Notes under the pieces: model-generated
Database searches by the model: none
What the model was told of the DNA's origin: nothing
The model's input: only the letters and a program-made list of their open reading frames with translations
Assembly (NCBI GenBank): GCA_965223545.1
Contig: OZ245006.1
Span: 6,464,001 to 6,528,000, forward strand
Length of the DNA: 64,000 nt
DNA from: Planctomycetota bacterium
GTDB taxonomy: Bacteria; Planctomycetota; UBA1135; UBA2386
Direction of reading: 5' to 3'
Made by a program: the position numbers and the translations under genes
Shown: piece after piece, positions 41,501 to 50,166 of the stretch
Layout: each line of letters starts with the position of its first letter
Position numbering within the stretch: the stretch's first letter is position 1

Positions 41501-44500
41501 CGTCACGTTCAACGGGGCAGTGCCCGAGGTCGGGTTGCTGGCAAACGCAGCCACTGGCGCCGGCTCGGTGACGGTGACGAGACCCGCGGTGGTCGCGGTG
41601 TCGGAGCCGCCGGGGCCGGTGACGGTCAGCGAGACGGTGTAGGTGCCGGCTGTGGTGTAGGTGTGGGTGGGGCTCTGCGCGGCCGAGGTTGCGCCGTCGC
41701 CGAAGTCCCATGTCCAGGTCGTGATCGCGCCGGTCGACTGATCGGTGAACGTCACGTTCAACGGGGCAGTGCCCGAGGTCGGGTTGCTGGCAAACGCAGC
41801 CACCGGTGCCGGCTCGGTGACGGTGACGAGACCCGCGGTGGTCGCGGTGTCGGAGCCGCCGGGGCCGGTGACGGTCAGCGAGACGGTGTAGGTGCCGGCT
41901 GTGGTGTAGGTGTGGGTGGGGCTCTGCGCGGCCGAGGTTGCGCCGTCGCCGAAGTCCCATGTCCAGGTCGTGATCGCGCCGGTCGACTGATCGGTGAACG
42001 TCACGTTCAACGGGGCAGTGCCCGAGGTCGGGTTGCTGGCAAACGCAGCCACTGGTGCCGGCTCGGTGACGGTGACGAGACCCGCGGTGGTCGCGGTGTC
42101 GGAGCCGCCGGGGCCGGTGACGGTCAGCGAGACGGTGTAGGTGCCGGCTGTGGTGTAGGTGTGGGTTGGGCTCTGCGCGGCCGAGGTTGCGCCGTCGCCG
42201 AAGTCCCATGCCCAGGTCGTGATCGCGCCGGTCGACTGATCGGTGAACGTCACGTTCAACGGGGCAGTGCCCGAGGTGGGGTTGCTGGCAAACGCAGCCA
42301 CTGGCGCCGGCTCGGTGACGGTGACGAGACCCGCGGTGGTCGCGGTGTCGGAGCCTCCGGGGCCGGTGACGGTCAGCGAGACGGTGTAGGTGCCGGCTGT
42401 GGTGTAGGTGTGGGTTGGGCTCTGCGCGGCCGAGGTTGCGCCGTCGCCGAAGTCCCATGCCCAGGTCGTGATCGCGCCGGTCGACTGATCGGTGAACGTC
42501 ACGTTCAACGGGGCAGTGCCCGAGGTCGGGTTGCTGGCAAACGCAGCCACTGGCGCCGGCTCGGTGACGGTGACGAGACCCGCGGTGGTCGCGGTGTCGG
42601 AGCCGCCGGGGCCGGTGACGGTCAGCGAGACGGTGTAGGTGCCGGCTGTGGTGTAGGTGTGGGTGGGGTTCTGCGCGGCCGAGGTTGCGCCGTCGCCGAA
42701 GTCCCATGCCCAGGTCGTGATCGCGCCGGTGGATTGATCGGCGAAGACGACGTCCAACGGCGCGGTGCCGGTGGTCGGAGCACCGGCAAAGCCGGCGACC
42801 GGTGCCGGCTCGGTGACGGTGACAATCGCTGTCGTTCGATCGCAACCGCCTGGCCCGACCACCAACAGAGAGACCTTGTACGTCCCCGGCGTCGCATAGG
42901 TGTGCAGCGGATTCTGCGCTGACGAAGTGCCGCCATCGCCAAACTCCCATGCCCAGCTCGTGATTGCGCCCGTCGATTGGTCGTTGAACGCCACGTCCAG
43001 AGGAGCCGCACCACTCGCCGGTGCCGCGCCAAACGCTGCGTCGGGTGGCAATTCGCCGACCGACACCAGGTTCATCGCCGTGATGCTGTCAGGCCCATAG
43101 GATCCCGCCACCGTTAAGGTGACCGTGTACTGACCGTCCGTGGTGTAGGTGTGCGATGGACTCTGAGCGGTCGAAGTGTTGCCGTCGCCAAAGTCCCAGA
43201 GCCAAGAACCAACCGCACCGCTTGACTGGTCGGTGAAGGTCACCGCCAGCGGCGAGGGCCCGGCTGTCGGTGCCGCTGCGAAACTCGCTTGCGGAAGCGG
43301 GGACGCCGTGGCGCGATAGACCCAAACAGTCCGTTCAGCGGGTGGGTAGAAGCCATACTGCCGAACAAACTCGTCGCGGACCCGGTCGTGGCCCCAGTTG
43401 TGGAGCACACCCGTGCGGAGTCCCCCATCCTCGCCTTGCGGCTCGGCATTTGGGTGAATTTCACGCCACTGAAACTGGCCGGAGACGCTGTCGAGGTAGA
43501 ACTCCCAGTGCTCCATTGCGGATTGTGCGTAGATCTCCCCGGTCAACATTGCGCGATCGCGGTACACATCCCAGACCATCGCAGCGGACGACGCATCCAA
43601 GACCTCTAGGGCATTCCCCACTGGAATCAGGGCTGGATCGGCCGCAACCAACTCAGTCCAGCCAGTGGCTGCACGCCATTCCCACGTGCCCACGTGGATC
43701 CCGGCTCCGCCGGTGCGGCCACCGGTCAGCAGCACGCGATTTCGCATGGGGTCGTAGCACGATATATGATCGAGGAGCGCCGACGGCCCGGCACCGCCGA
43801 CGGTGTGTTCGGTCCATGTCGAGCCGTCCCAAAGGTAGGTCTTGTCGTTCCAAGCTCCGTTGGCCCATTCCCTTCCGCCTTTCAGCATGACGTTGCCGTT
43901 GCCGGCGTAGGTCATTGTGAAGCCAAGCACGTAGCTGTTTCCCGCAGGTCTCGGTCCCCCCACGCTCTTCTGTGTCCACGTTGTCCCGTCCCACTCCCAC
44001 GTTTCGTCCCCAGACCCCGACACGATGCCTTGCCAGACGAGTACATCCCGTTGTTCGTCGTAAGCCGACCCCTCGTGGAATCCACCCGGAGGGCCAGATG
44101 CGAGGTCCACCCATTGATTGCCATCCCAACGTCGAATCTTGTCGTTCGTAAGACCAATCAATTCCTGCCGGCCCGTATGCCAATGAGATTGTTCAATGAG
44201 CGGTTGGTTCACGAAGTTGTTGACTCTGACCCAGCGATTGGACGGGGGCTCGGAATCGACCACCCGGACTAAGTCGTGCACGGTTCTCGTGTCACTTCCG
44301 CCGGGGCCGGTGACCGTCAACGTGACGGCATAGGTGCCAGGTGCTGTATAGGTATGAGAAGGGCTCTGTGCGGACGAACTCGTGCCATCTCCGAAGTCCC
44401 AGGACCAAGAATTTGATCCGCCCGTGGACTGATCGCTGAACGTGACGGTCAGAGGCGAAGTACCGCTGGTCGCACTCACGTCGAACGCCGCCGGGCCGGA

Positions 44501-45490
44501 AGCGGGCGGTGGATCGGGCACGTAGTACCATGTTTCGCGGGCGCCGCTGAGATCGCGGCGGGTGACGAACACGTCGAGTTGCTCGTGATGCACCCAATCG
44601 TGCCGGAAACCAGTCCCGAGGTGCGAGGGCTGCGTCAGCGGCTGTAGCTGTTGCCATACGTGGGTGCCCGCGGTCGCATCGAACGCGAACTCCCATTGCT
44701 GGAATGTGCTCGAGGATTGGTTCGACGCGAGCAGGAGTGCTCGGTCGCGGGGGGCGTCCCAAACCATGCGCCGCTGCGCGCCTGCATGAATCGTGCTCGG
44801 CCCGGCGCTGATTTGGGACCAACCTCCGGTGGCGCGCCACTCCCAGGTTGTGGGATCGATCGTGTCGATTCCCTCGAGCATCACCACTCGGTTCCGGAGC
44901 GGGTCGTAGGTCAGCGTCGGATGCCTCCCCCCGCGAGGAAGGGGATGCAGGTGCTGTTGCTCCCACGTGGTTCCGTCCCAAAGCCAAGTGTCTGCGGCCC
45001 AGGCGGTAGAGCCAAATCCCAAACCGATCCCACCAAACAACATTACCTTGCCGTCGCCGGCGTAGCTAAAACCGACGCTGTCGAAACCCGGATACTTGCC
45101 AACCGGCGTTGACACATTCTTGAGCGTCCACGTGCAGCCGTTCAGCTCCCAGGTCTGCGTTTGGTACGGGTTCTGGGCGACGGCGTACGCCACGATGACG
45201 CCGCGCTCGGGATCGAAGGCCGCGTTTCTGAGCTGGTAGGACGTCGGCCAAGTTAGCTCTGGTCGGTCGCTCCAGCTCACGGCATTCCAGGAGAGCATGG
45301 GGACACCGAAGTTGTTGCTGAAACCGTTGACCCCGAGTACGTCTTCTTGCCATGGGTCGTAGACGCCCGTGAAGTTCACCGGCTCGAGGGCGGAGTCCGT
45401 TTGCACCCACGTGTTGGTCTGCGCGCCGACCGGCACCAATGCGAGCAGGAGTGGGAAGTGGGTGATCGAAGCGCGGAGCCACTGATGCAT
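38522..45490 (-). CDS. Giant (2322 aa) secreted surface protein/adhesin: two Kelch-like propeller modules, 11 PKD domains, Ig-like repeats, an I-set Ig domain and a beta-helix-like C-terminus
   Basis: Signal peptide; 'WDFGDG...P.HTY..PG.Y.V.LTV' occurs 11 times; 'PQSQTV..G..VSFSVTA....SYQW.KDG'. Confidence 0.9.
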   Translation of the reverse strand: MHQWLRASITHFPLLLALVPVGAQTNTWVQTDSALEPVNFTGVYDPWQEDVLGVNGFSNNFGVPMLSWNAVSWSDRPELTWPTSYQLRNAAFDPERGVIVAYAVAQNPYQTQTWELNGCTWTLKNVSTPVGKYPGFDSVGFSYAGDGKVMLFGGIGLGFGSTAWAADTWLWDGTTWEQQHLHPLPRGGRHPTLTYDPLRNRVVMLEGIDTIDPTTWEWRATGGWSQISAGPSTIHAGAQRRMVWDAPRDRALLLASNQSSSTFQQWEFAFDATAGTHVWQQLQPLTQPSHLGTGFRHDWVHHEQLDVFVTRRDLSGARETWYYVPDPPPASGPAAFDVSATSGTSPLTVTFSDQSTGGSNSWSWDFGDGTSSSAQSPSHTYTAPGTYAVTLTVTGPGGSDTRTVHDLVRVVDSEPPSNRWVRVNNFVNQPLIEQSHWHTGRQELIGLTNDKIRRWDGNQWVDLASGPPGGFHEGSAYDEQRDVLVWQGIVSGSGDETWEWDGTTWTQKSVGGPRPAGNSYVLGFTMTYAGNGNVMLKGGREWANGAWNDKTYLWDGSTWTEHTVGGAGPSALLDHISCYDPMRNRVLLTGGRTGGAGIHVGTWEWRAATGWTELVAADPALIPVGNALEVLDASSAAMVWDVYRDRAMLTGEIYAQSAMEHWEFYLDSVSGQFQWREIHPNAEPQGEDGGLRTGVLHNWGHDRVRDEFVRQYGFYPPAERTVWVYRATASPLPQASFAAAPTAGPSPLAVTFTDQSSGAVGSWLWDFGDGNTSTAQSPSHTYTTDGQYTVTLTVAGSYGPDSITAMNLVSVGELPPDAAFGAAPASGAAPLDVAFNDQSTGAITSWAWEFGDGGTSSAQNPLHTYATPGTYKVSLLVVGPGGCDRTTAIVTVTEPAPVAGFAGAPTTGTAPLDVVFADQSTGAITTWAWDFGDGATSAAQNPTHTYTTAGTYTVSLTVTGPGGSDTATTAGLVTVTEPAPVAAFASNPTSGTAPLNVTFTDQSTGAITTWAWDFGDGATSAAQSPTHTYTTAGTYTVSLTVTGPGGSDTATTAGLVTVTEPAPVAAFASNPTSGTAPLNVTFTDQSTGAITTWAWDFGDGATSAAQSPTHTYTTAGTYTVSLTVTGPGGSDTATTAGLVTVTEPAPVAAFASNPTSGTAPLNVTFTDQSTGAITTWTWDFGDGATSAAQSPTHTYTTAGTYTVSLTVTGPGGSDTATTAGLVTVTEPAPVAAFASNPTSGTAPLNVTFTDQSTGAITTWTWDFGDGATSAAQSPTHTYTTAGTYTVSLTVTGPGGSDTATTAGLVTVTEPAPVAAFASNPTSGTAPLNVTFTDQSTGAITTWAWDFGDGATSAAQSPTHTYTTAGTYTVSLTVTGPGGSDTATTAGLVTVTEPAPVAAFASNPTSGTAPLNVTFTDQSTGAITTWAWDFGDGATSAAQSPTHTYTTAGTYTVSLTVTGPGGSDTATTAGLVTVTEPAPVAAFASNPTSGTAPLNVTFTDQSTGAITTWAWDFGDGATSAAQSPTHTYTTAGTYTVSLTVTGPGGSDTATTAGMITVAAAPAITNFAISRTVISDGDSATLTHSFTGGNGDIDQGVGPVGQGQTVVSPPPNTATTYTLTVTNAFGDNVSADVTVTSYPLPQIQSFVASAPLVTNGGVVDLLFAFTGGNGQVTDGVSSFSVASGTPLTVTPPDDVVTTYTLTVTNPAGDSVQATAIVQAVPPPSIESFVASPTIVVNGQTSQLTARFSGGTGLINPGAIAVTSEVPVTVTPPPDASTLYVLTVTSPTGESVMAPAVVTAVPALPVITNHPQSQTVSAGTAVSFSVTATGVGLSYQWCKDGAVIAGETQSVLALASASPADAGRYNVKVSNAAGSVTSDDAVLTVLNACPDCDGDVVRIDTDVSADFNTAPPTWQGDPALAPYVSFDTSGPTPDTWRLIIDTGRKRLEIVDGATVTTGTVPNKGKNRPAPGIELRSACTVFVDESAAVDVYSHNAQAGALSIIADGDIAIDGVILNRAQASSGVSGRIVIASRCGDLALSASALVRSNSGGDIHLLTGGDASAGFGGDIDIGGLVEAVYRAAPAPTIRLVAFDGAITVFGTALRRVAVQGRRISTTGVVVRTGRDNITDPGHIEMQALGDITVVGNSIQHFAFPNPGTVAVKMLGNHGGAVIDVRSLGGRIIAIDRAFDNVNHDNQDAINRLWAAGDVHLFASGAMNSTPVPGPLAFRMPVVDVTTIGNAQAGTNEIRSFGGEVAILLPDAMVMADAWGGGGTVGINLLTACVQVANSGVVYPADPVPGDDSGACAPAVPPALYADPSMLGVVWQ
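40836..42822 (-). repeat. Intragenic tandem array, 8 x 249 bp (83-aa PKD units), nearly identical
   Basis: GTCCCATGyCCAGG recurs at about 40958, 41207, 41456, 41705, 41954, 42203, 42452 and 42701. Confidence 0.95.
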
Positions 45491-45924
45491 GAGCAGGTCT
45501 GCCGAGATGAGGGAACCGAACTCTGCTCAAGCGCCTGGCCTGCGAAGAATCCGTCGCGCAAAACCGGGAATTCGTGTGCGAGTGGACGTTCGGTTCCCGC
45601 GACGTGCCGTCGCTCGTGCCGTATACGGCGATCCGAAATGGCCGTGGCTGACGACCTCGTTCTTCAGCTCGGGGCGTTGCTGCAAGACTCGGGAGTGGCA
45701 CGCCCAGGAGGAGTCCCGTGAGTGGATTGGCACGGGCGGCGACCCCGGGGTTCATCGACGTTCGTCGCCGAGCGGGTGCAACCGAGTTTGTCGTCGATGA
45801 GACTTTGGTGCGCGAGCCCCCGAGCCTGCCGGTTCCGGTTGACCCGCGCGGGGTGGACACTCGGTCCGAAGCCCTCGAGATCGTCACCCGCCGGGCGGAG
45901 TTCGTCTGGTTGATCGACGGCGGA

Positions 45925-46153
45925 GGGCACCAACGAGATTCGGTCGTTCGGCTGTGAGGTGGCGGGTGCTTTTGCCTGACGCCATGGTCACGGCCGACGC
46001 TTGGGGCCGTGGTGGAAGCGTGGGGCTCAGCCCGCTGGCCGCGTGTTTGCAAGTGGCCAACAGCGGAGTGGCTTATCCCGCGGACCCCGTGCCGGGTAAC
46101 GACTCCGGCGTCTGTTTCCCCGCAGTGCCGCCAGCGCGTACGTCGACTCGAGC
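45925..46153 (+). pseudogene. Inverted, frameshifted copy of the last ~76 codons of the giant PKD gene (counterpart 38546-38774)
   Basis: Copy reads 'GTNEIRSFG.EVA/VLLPDAMV.ADAWG.GG.VG...QVANSGV.YPADPVPG.DSG.C.PAVPPA', matching the gene's tail, with a +1 and a -1 indel. Confidence 0.85.
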
Positions 46154-46315
46154 GCGTTGTGCCGCCGGGACTCCGCCCCGGTCGCGGGTTTCGTCCTACC
46201 GGTTACAGTCGGGCTCGTGAAGGACATCAACGAATCCTCGGAGTACCCCAACGGTCCGTGCTCGCTACCGACGTTCACCGGTGTACTCGTCGGCGAACCC
46301 GACGCACCTCGGGGG

Positions 46316-48940
46316 GTGGCCCATCCTCTGATTCGTGCTGGGCTCACCATCGTTGCTGCGTGCTCGTCGCTTTGCGCGCAGGGCGCGGCGCCGCAGTTCG
46401 AGCGCGCCGGCAAGGCCCATCTGCCGGTCGTCTCCACCTTCTCGTTCTCGGGCACCGTCGGCGACGTCGACGGCGACGGATCACCGGACATAGTGGTCGG
46501 CAGCGGCGGCGGCCAGGACGCGCTGTTCCTCAACGACGGCCTCGCTCGATACGCGGATGCGAGCGCGATGCTGCCGCCACCGCCGGGGCAGACGCACGCG
46601 GTGCGCGTCGCGGATGTCGATGGTGACGGTGATGGGGATCTTCTGTTGGGTCGCTACGGCTGGCCCAACACCCTGCTGATCAACCAGGGCGGGCGCGGCT
46701 TTCTCGACGAGTCGGGGATCCGGCTGCCGACCGTGTTCGACCGCACGCAGGATCTCGCGGTGGGCGATGTCGACGGCGACGGCGACCTCGACATCGTCGT
46801 CGCCAATTCGGGCGGCCTGACTCCGGAGAGCAACCGGCTGTATCTCAACGACGGCGCAGGGTTCTTCACCGACGCGACCGCGCGCTTGGTGGGGGTGGCG
46901 GACGAGACCTACGCGATGGTGCTGCGCGATCTCGATGGCGATGGCGACCTCGACCTGGCGTGGGGGAATCGACAGCAGCAGAACCGGCTGCTGCGCAACG
47001 ACGGGTCCGGCACGTTCATCGATGATTCGGCGGCGTTGCCCCCCGACCAGGACTGGTGCGAGGCGATCGAGGCCGCGGACTTCGACGGCGACGGCGATCC
47101 GGACCTGGTGGTGGCGGCGTGCGGCTTCTCGCCGCAGCGCAGCCTGCGTCTCTACCTCAACGACGGCGCCGGACGGTTCACCGATCCCGGCGAGCCGACG
47201 CTGGCGGCGTTCCCCGGCTGTTCGGCGATCGCGGTGGGGGACGTCGACGGGGACGGCGATGTCGATCTCCTCACCGCGGAGAGCTTGACGGAGATGCGCG
47301 TCTTGCTGAACGACGGCGCGGCGCGCTTCGCGTATGGCGCGCGGGTTGGCTTCGACCGCAGCAGCTCGACCTACGACGCGGAGCTGTTCGACGCGGATGC
47401 GGACGGCGACTTGGACGCGCTCGTCGTGCGCAGCTTGGGCCGCGACCGCCTGCTGCTGAACGACGGCCGCGGCGGCTTCGTCGACGGTTGTGTCGCGCCG
47501 GTGCCGGCGGCGTTCGTCGACACCGTCACGGTGGTCGGCGTCGACGTCGACGGAGACGGCGCACTGGATCTGGTCGAGGGCAACGGCCGCCGTTTCGGCC
47601 AGGCCAACCGCCTGCTGCACAACGACGGCACCGGCCGCTTCACCGAGGTCGTGGGGTCGGTCGTCGCCAGCGGGTCGGCGTCGACCCGCTCGCTCGCGGT
47701 GGGCGACGTCGATGGCGATGGCCACTCGGATCTGCTCATCGGTAATGACTGGGATACTCAGGGCCGCGCGCAGAACCGCCTATTGCTGGGGGACGGCCGC
47801 GGCGGCTTCCGCGACGCGACCGCGGCGGCGTTGCCGGTCGCCGACGACCGCACGACGGCGGTGGCCCTCGTCGATCTGGACCGCGACGGAGATCTGGACG
47901 CGCTGTTCGGCAACGTGCTGACCGCGACGTTCGGCCGGACGCTGCAGATCCTCTCCAACGACGGCACCGGCGTGTTCCGCGACGTGACCGCGTCGTGGAT
48001 CTCGAGAACACTCAATGCGATCAACGCGCTCGTGGTCCGCGATCTGGACGGCGATGGCGACCTCGACGTCGCGCTCGCGCACGGTGTGAACACGATCGGC
48101 CTCGCCGATCTGGTCCTCCTGCAGGACGGCGGCCGGTTGATCGCCGCCGCCGCGCTTCCCGCCTCGGTCGAGCCGAGTCTCACGGTGACGGCGGATGACG
48201 TCGATCTCGACGGCGATGTCGATCTCGTCTTCGGCACGGCGCGGGGCACGCGGGGGTCGGCAGCCGATCGGCTCTACCTGAACGATGGCCGGGGTGGGTT
48301 CGAGCTGGCTCCGACGGGATCTCTTCCCCAGGACAGTCTCGGCAGTCAACACCTCGCGCTGGTCGACTTCGACGAGGACCGCGACCCGGACCTGATCCGC
48401 GTGCGGGATGGCGCGTTCAGCGCGACGATCGCCTACTACCGCAACCAAGGAGGACACTTCACCGAGGTTGCCGACCCGGCCCTGCCCGGCACGATCTTGG
48501 GCTACGGCATCGGGGTCGTCGACGTCGACGACGACGGCGACCCGGACGTCGTGGTTCCCGGCGAGCAGCTGGTGCTCCACAACGTCCACCGCCAGCTGAG
48601 TGCGCCCTACGTCGCCATCGCGGGCCGCGACTACGTGCTGCGCGTGCACGTCGAGCCCGGCGTGCTGCCGGGCCCCGCCGTCGCCGTGCCCGTCCTCGCC
48701 GACGGCATCGCGGCCCACCCCCTGCCACCGATCGGAACCCTGAGGCTCGACCCGTTCGGCCAGCTCCTGGTGCTCCGGGGAGTCGTCGTGCCCGCGCTCG
48801 GCCCACCCGCGATCCTGACCCTGCCGCTGCCGCGCACGCCACTGATCCTCGGCGAAGTCCTGCACGCCCAGGCCCTGGTCCTGCGCAGCACTGGGCCCAC
48901 GCGCCTCACCGGCCTCACCACCGATCCCGTCACCCGATGA
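46316..48940 (+). CDS. FG-GAP/VCBS repeat secreted protein with C-terminal module
   Basis: About 14 'D.DGDGD.D...N.L.LNDG.G.F.D' repeats; GTG start with signal peptide inferred. Confidence 0.88.
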   Translation: MAHPLIRAGLTIVAACSSLCAQGAAPQFERAGKAHLPVVSTFSFSGTVGDVDGDGSPDIVVGSGGGQDALFLNDGLARYADASAMLPPPPGQTHAVRVADVDGDGDGDLLLGRYGWPNTLLINQGGRGFLDESGIRLPTVFDRTQDLAVGDVDGDGDLDIVVANSGGLTPESNRLYLNDGAGFFTDATARLVGVADETYAMVLRDLDGDGDLDLAWGNRQQQNRLLRNDGSGTFIDDSAALPPDQDWCEAIEAADFDGDGDPDLVVAACGFSPQRSLRLYLNDGAGRFTDPGEPTLAAFPGCSAIAVGDVDGDGDVDLLTAESLTEMRVLLNDGAARFAYGARVGFDRSSSTYDAELFDADADGDLDALVVRSLGRDRLLLNDGRGGFVDGCVAPVPAAFVDTVTVVGVDVDGDGALDLVEGNGRRFGQANRLLHNDGTGRFTEVVGSVVASGSASTRSLAVGDVDGDGHSDLLIGNDWDTQGRAQNRLLLGDGRGGFRDATAAALPVADDRTTAVALVDLDRDGDLDALFGNVLTATFGRTLQILSNDGTGVFRDVTASWISRTLNAINALVVRDLDGDGDLDVALAHGVNTIGLADLVLLQDGGRLIAAAALPASVEPSLTVTADDVDLDGDVDLVFGTARGTRGSAADRLYLNDGRGGFELAPTGSLPQDSLGSQHLALVDFDEDRDPDLIRVRDGAFSATIAYYRNQGGHFTEVADPALPGTILGYGIGVVDVDDDGDPDVVVPGEQLVLHNVHRQLSAPYVAIAGRDYVLRVHVEPGVLPGPAVAVPVLADGIAAHPLPPIGTLRLDPFGQLLVLRGVVVPALGPPAILTLPLPRTPLILGEVLHAQALVLRSTGPTRLTGLTTDPVTR

Positions 48941-48972
48941 ACGTACGGAGCCAGGCTCCCGTTCATCACTTC
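48937..48972 (+). repeat. GTAC-palindrome repeat copy 3 (type A)
   Basis: ATGAAC GTAC GGAGCC A GGCTCC C GTTCATCACTTC; includes the TGA stop of the upstream gene. Confidence 0.9.
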
Positions 48973-48987
48973 CCCCCGAAAGTCCCC

Positions 48988-49878
48988 TTACTGCCCGATG
49001 CAGGCGAAGCCGTGGTCGAGCAACAGCCTGCTGTCGGCGTAGCGCTGGGCGTTGTCGCTGGATCCCAGCACGCACGCGATGATCGTGCGCCCCGATCGCC
49101 GCGCCGCTGACACCAAGCAGGCCCCGGCGTTGCCAGTGGTTCCGGTCTTGACGCCGATGATCCCCGAATAGCTGCCGTTCTCGACGAAGTCGTTGGTGTT
49201 CGTGATCTCCACGAACCCCTGCCGCGAGGTGTAGACGCCGGTCTTGCCGGTGGCGACGATACCTGCCAGCACCGAGTCCGCGAGCACCGCACGCGCGATC
49301 TGGGTGAGGTCGTAGGCGCTCGCGTAGTGGAGCGTGCTCATCGGCCAGTACGGGTCGCGCCCGTGACAGTTGACGAAGTTGGTATTGCTCAGACCGAGCT
49401 GCAGCACCTTGTTGTTCATCAGCGGCACGAAGTTGCCCTCCGAGAACGCGCAGTGCTCCGCGATCGCCACCGCGGCGTCGTTCCCCGACCGCATCAGCAG
49501 GAAGCGCAGCGCGTTGTAGAACGATAGCTGCTCGCCGTACTGCAAGTTTGCGCTGGATCCGCCGGTCAGCGGCGGCGCCCAACCCACCGTGATCGTGCTA
49601 TAGAGCGACCTGCGCGCCGGGTGTCCCGGTGGCAACTTGGTGAAGTCGCGCGCCACCAGCGCGGTGACCATCTTCGTCGTGCTGGCGTTGGCGCGGCGCG
49701 TGTGCGCGGCCTTGCCCCAAAGCAGCGCACCACTGTCGCCGTCGATCACCGCGGCGCTCGGTGCATCGATCTGCCAGGACCACAGCATCGGGACCTGGAT
49801 CAGGAAAAACTGGGCGGGGACGGAAGCGGCGAGTGCGAACAAGACCGCGGCGGACCGAACGAAGCCAAAAGCTCTCAT
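48988..49878 (-). CDS. D-alanyl-D-alanine carboxypeptidase (peptidase S11)
   Basis: SxxK 'ASTTK', SxN 'SGNDAA', KTG 'VKTGTT'; RBS AGGAG; signal peptide. Confidence 0.92.
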   Translation of the reverse strand: MRAFGFVRSAAVLFALAASVPAQFFLIQVPMLWSWQIDAPSAAVIDGDSGALLWGKAAHTRRANASTTKMVTALVARDFTKLPPGHPARRSLYSTITVGWAPPLTGGSSANLQYGEQLSFYNALRFLLMRSGNDAAVAIAEHCAFSEGNFVPLMNNKVLQLGLSNTNFVNCHGRDPYWPMSTLHYASAYDLTQIARAVLADSVLAGIVATGKTGVYTSRQGFVEITNTNDFVENGSYSGIIGVKTGTTGNAGACLVSAARRSGRTIIACVLGSSDNAQRYADSRLLLDHGFACIGQ

Positions 49879-49954
49879 CTGTGATCTCCTGTGTTGCGGC
49901 GCCACTCAGCGCCTGCCCCCAAGAGATGGTCCTCCCCCCTCTCCGCGTGACGAC

Positions 49955-49986
49955 ACGTACCGAGTCAGACTCGATTTTCTCGCTTC
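49955..49986 (+). repeat. GTAC-palindrome repeat copy 4 (type B)
   Basis: AC GTAC CGAGTC A GACTCG A TTTTCTCGCTTC. Confidence 0.9.
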
Positions 49987-50166
49987 GCCCAGTCCGCGAA
50001 CGCGTTCGCTCCCCGCACGCGTGAGAGTTCCACCCAATTGCGGTGGGGGGCAAGCGGCGCCGCGAGTGGCATTCCAGCCGCGCCTCGGGAGGCCTACGAT
50101 GCATTCGCGCAGGCGGCTTGCGCAGAGCGTCGGTCCGCCGCCCAGCAACCCCGAAGGAGGTGGCCG

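Noticed and set aside
39953..42950. Long alternative-frame ORFs (989 aa +, 742 aa -) and similar shadow ORFs across the window
   Set aside because: They are Arg/Gly/His-rich products of high GC and the tandem array, with no domain motifs.
45718..45957. 'FVWLIDGGGHQ' as a DUF559 endonuclease fragment
   Set aside because: The 'GHQRD' part is an off-frame reading of the duplicated adhesin tail; no other motifs support it.
45925..46153. Duplicated gene tail as a DGR template/variable repeat pair
   Set aside because: Mismatches are not adenine-specific, many are third-position, and no reverse transcriptase is present.
49987..50160. Cobalamin riboswitch upstream of the B12-radical SAM gene
   Set aside because: Only a palindrome (GCGAACGCGTTCGC) is seen; no recognisable B12-box.
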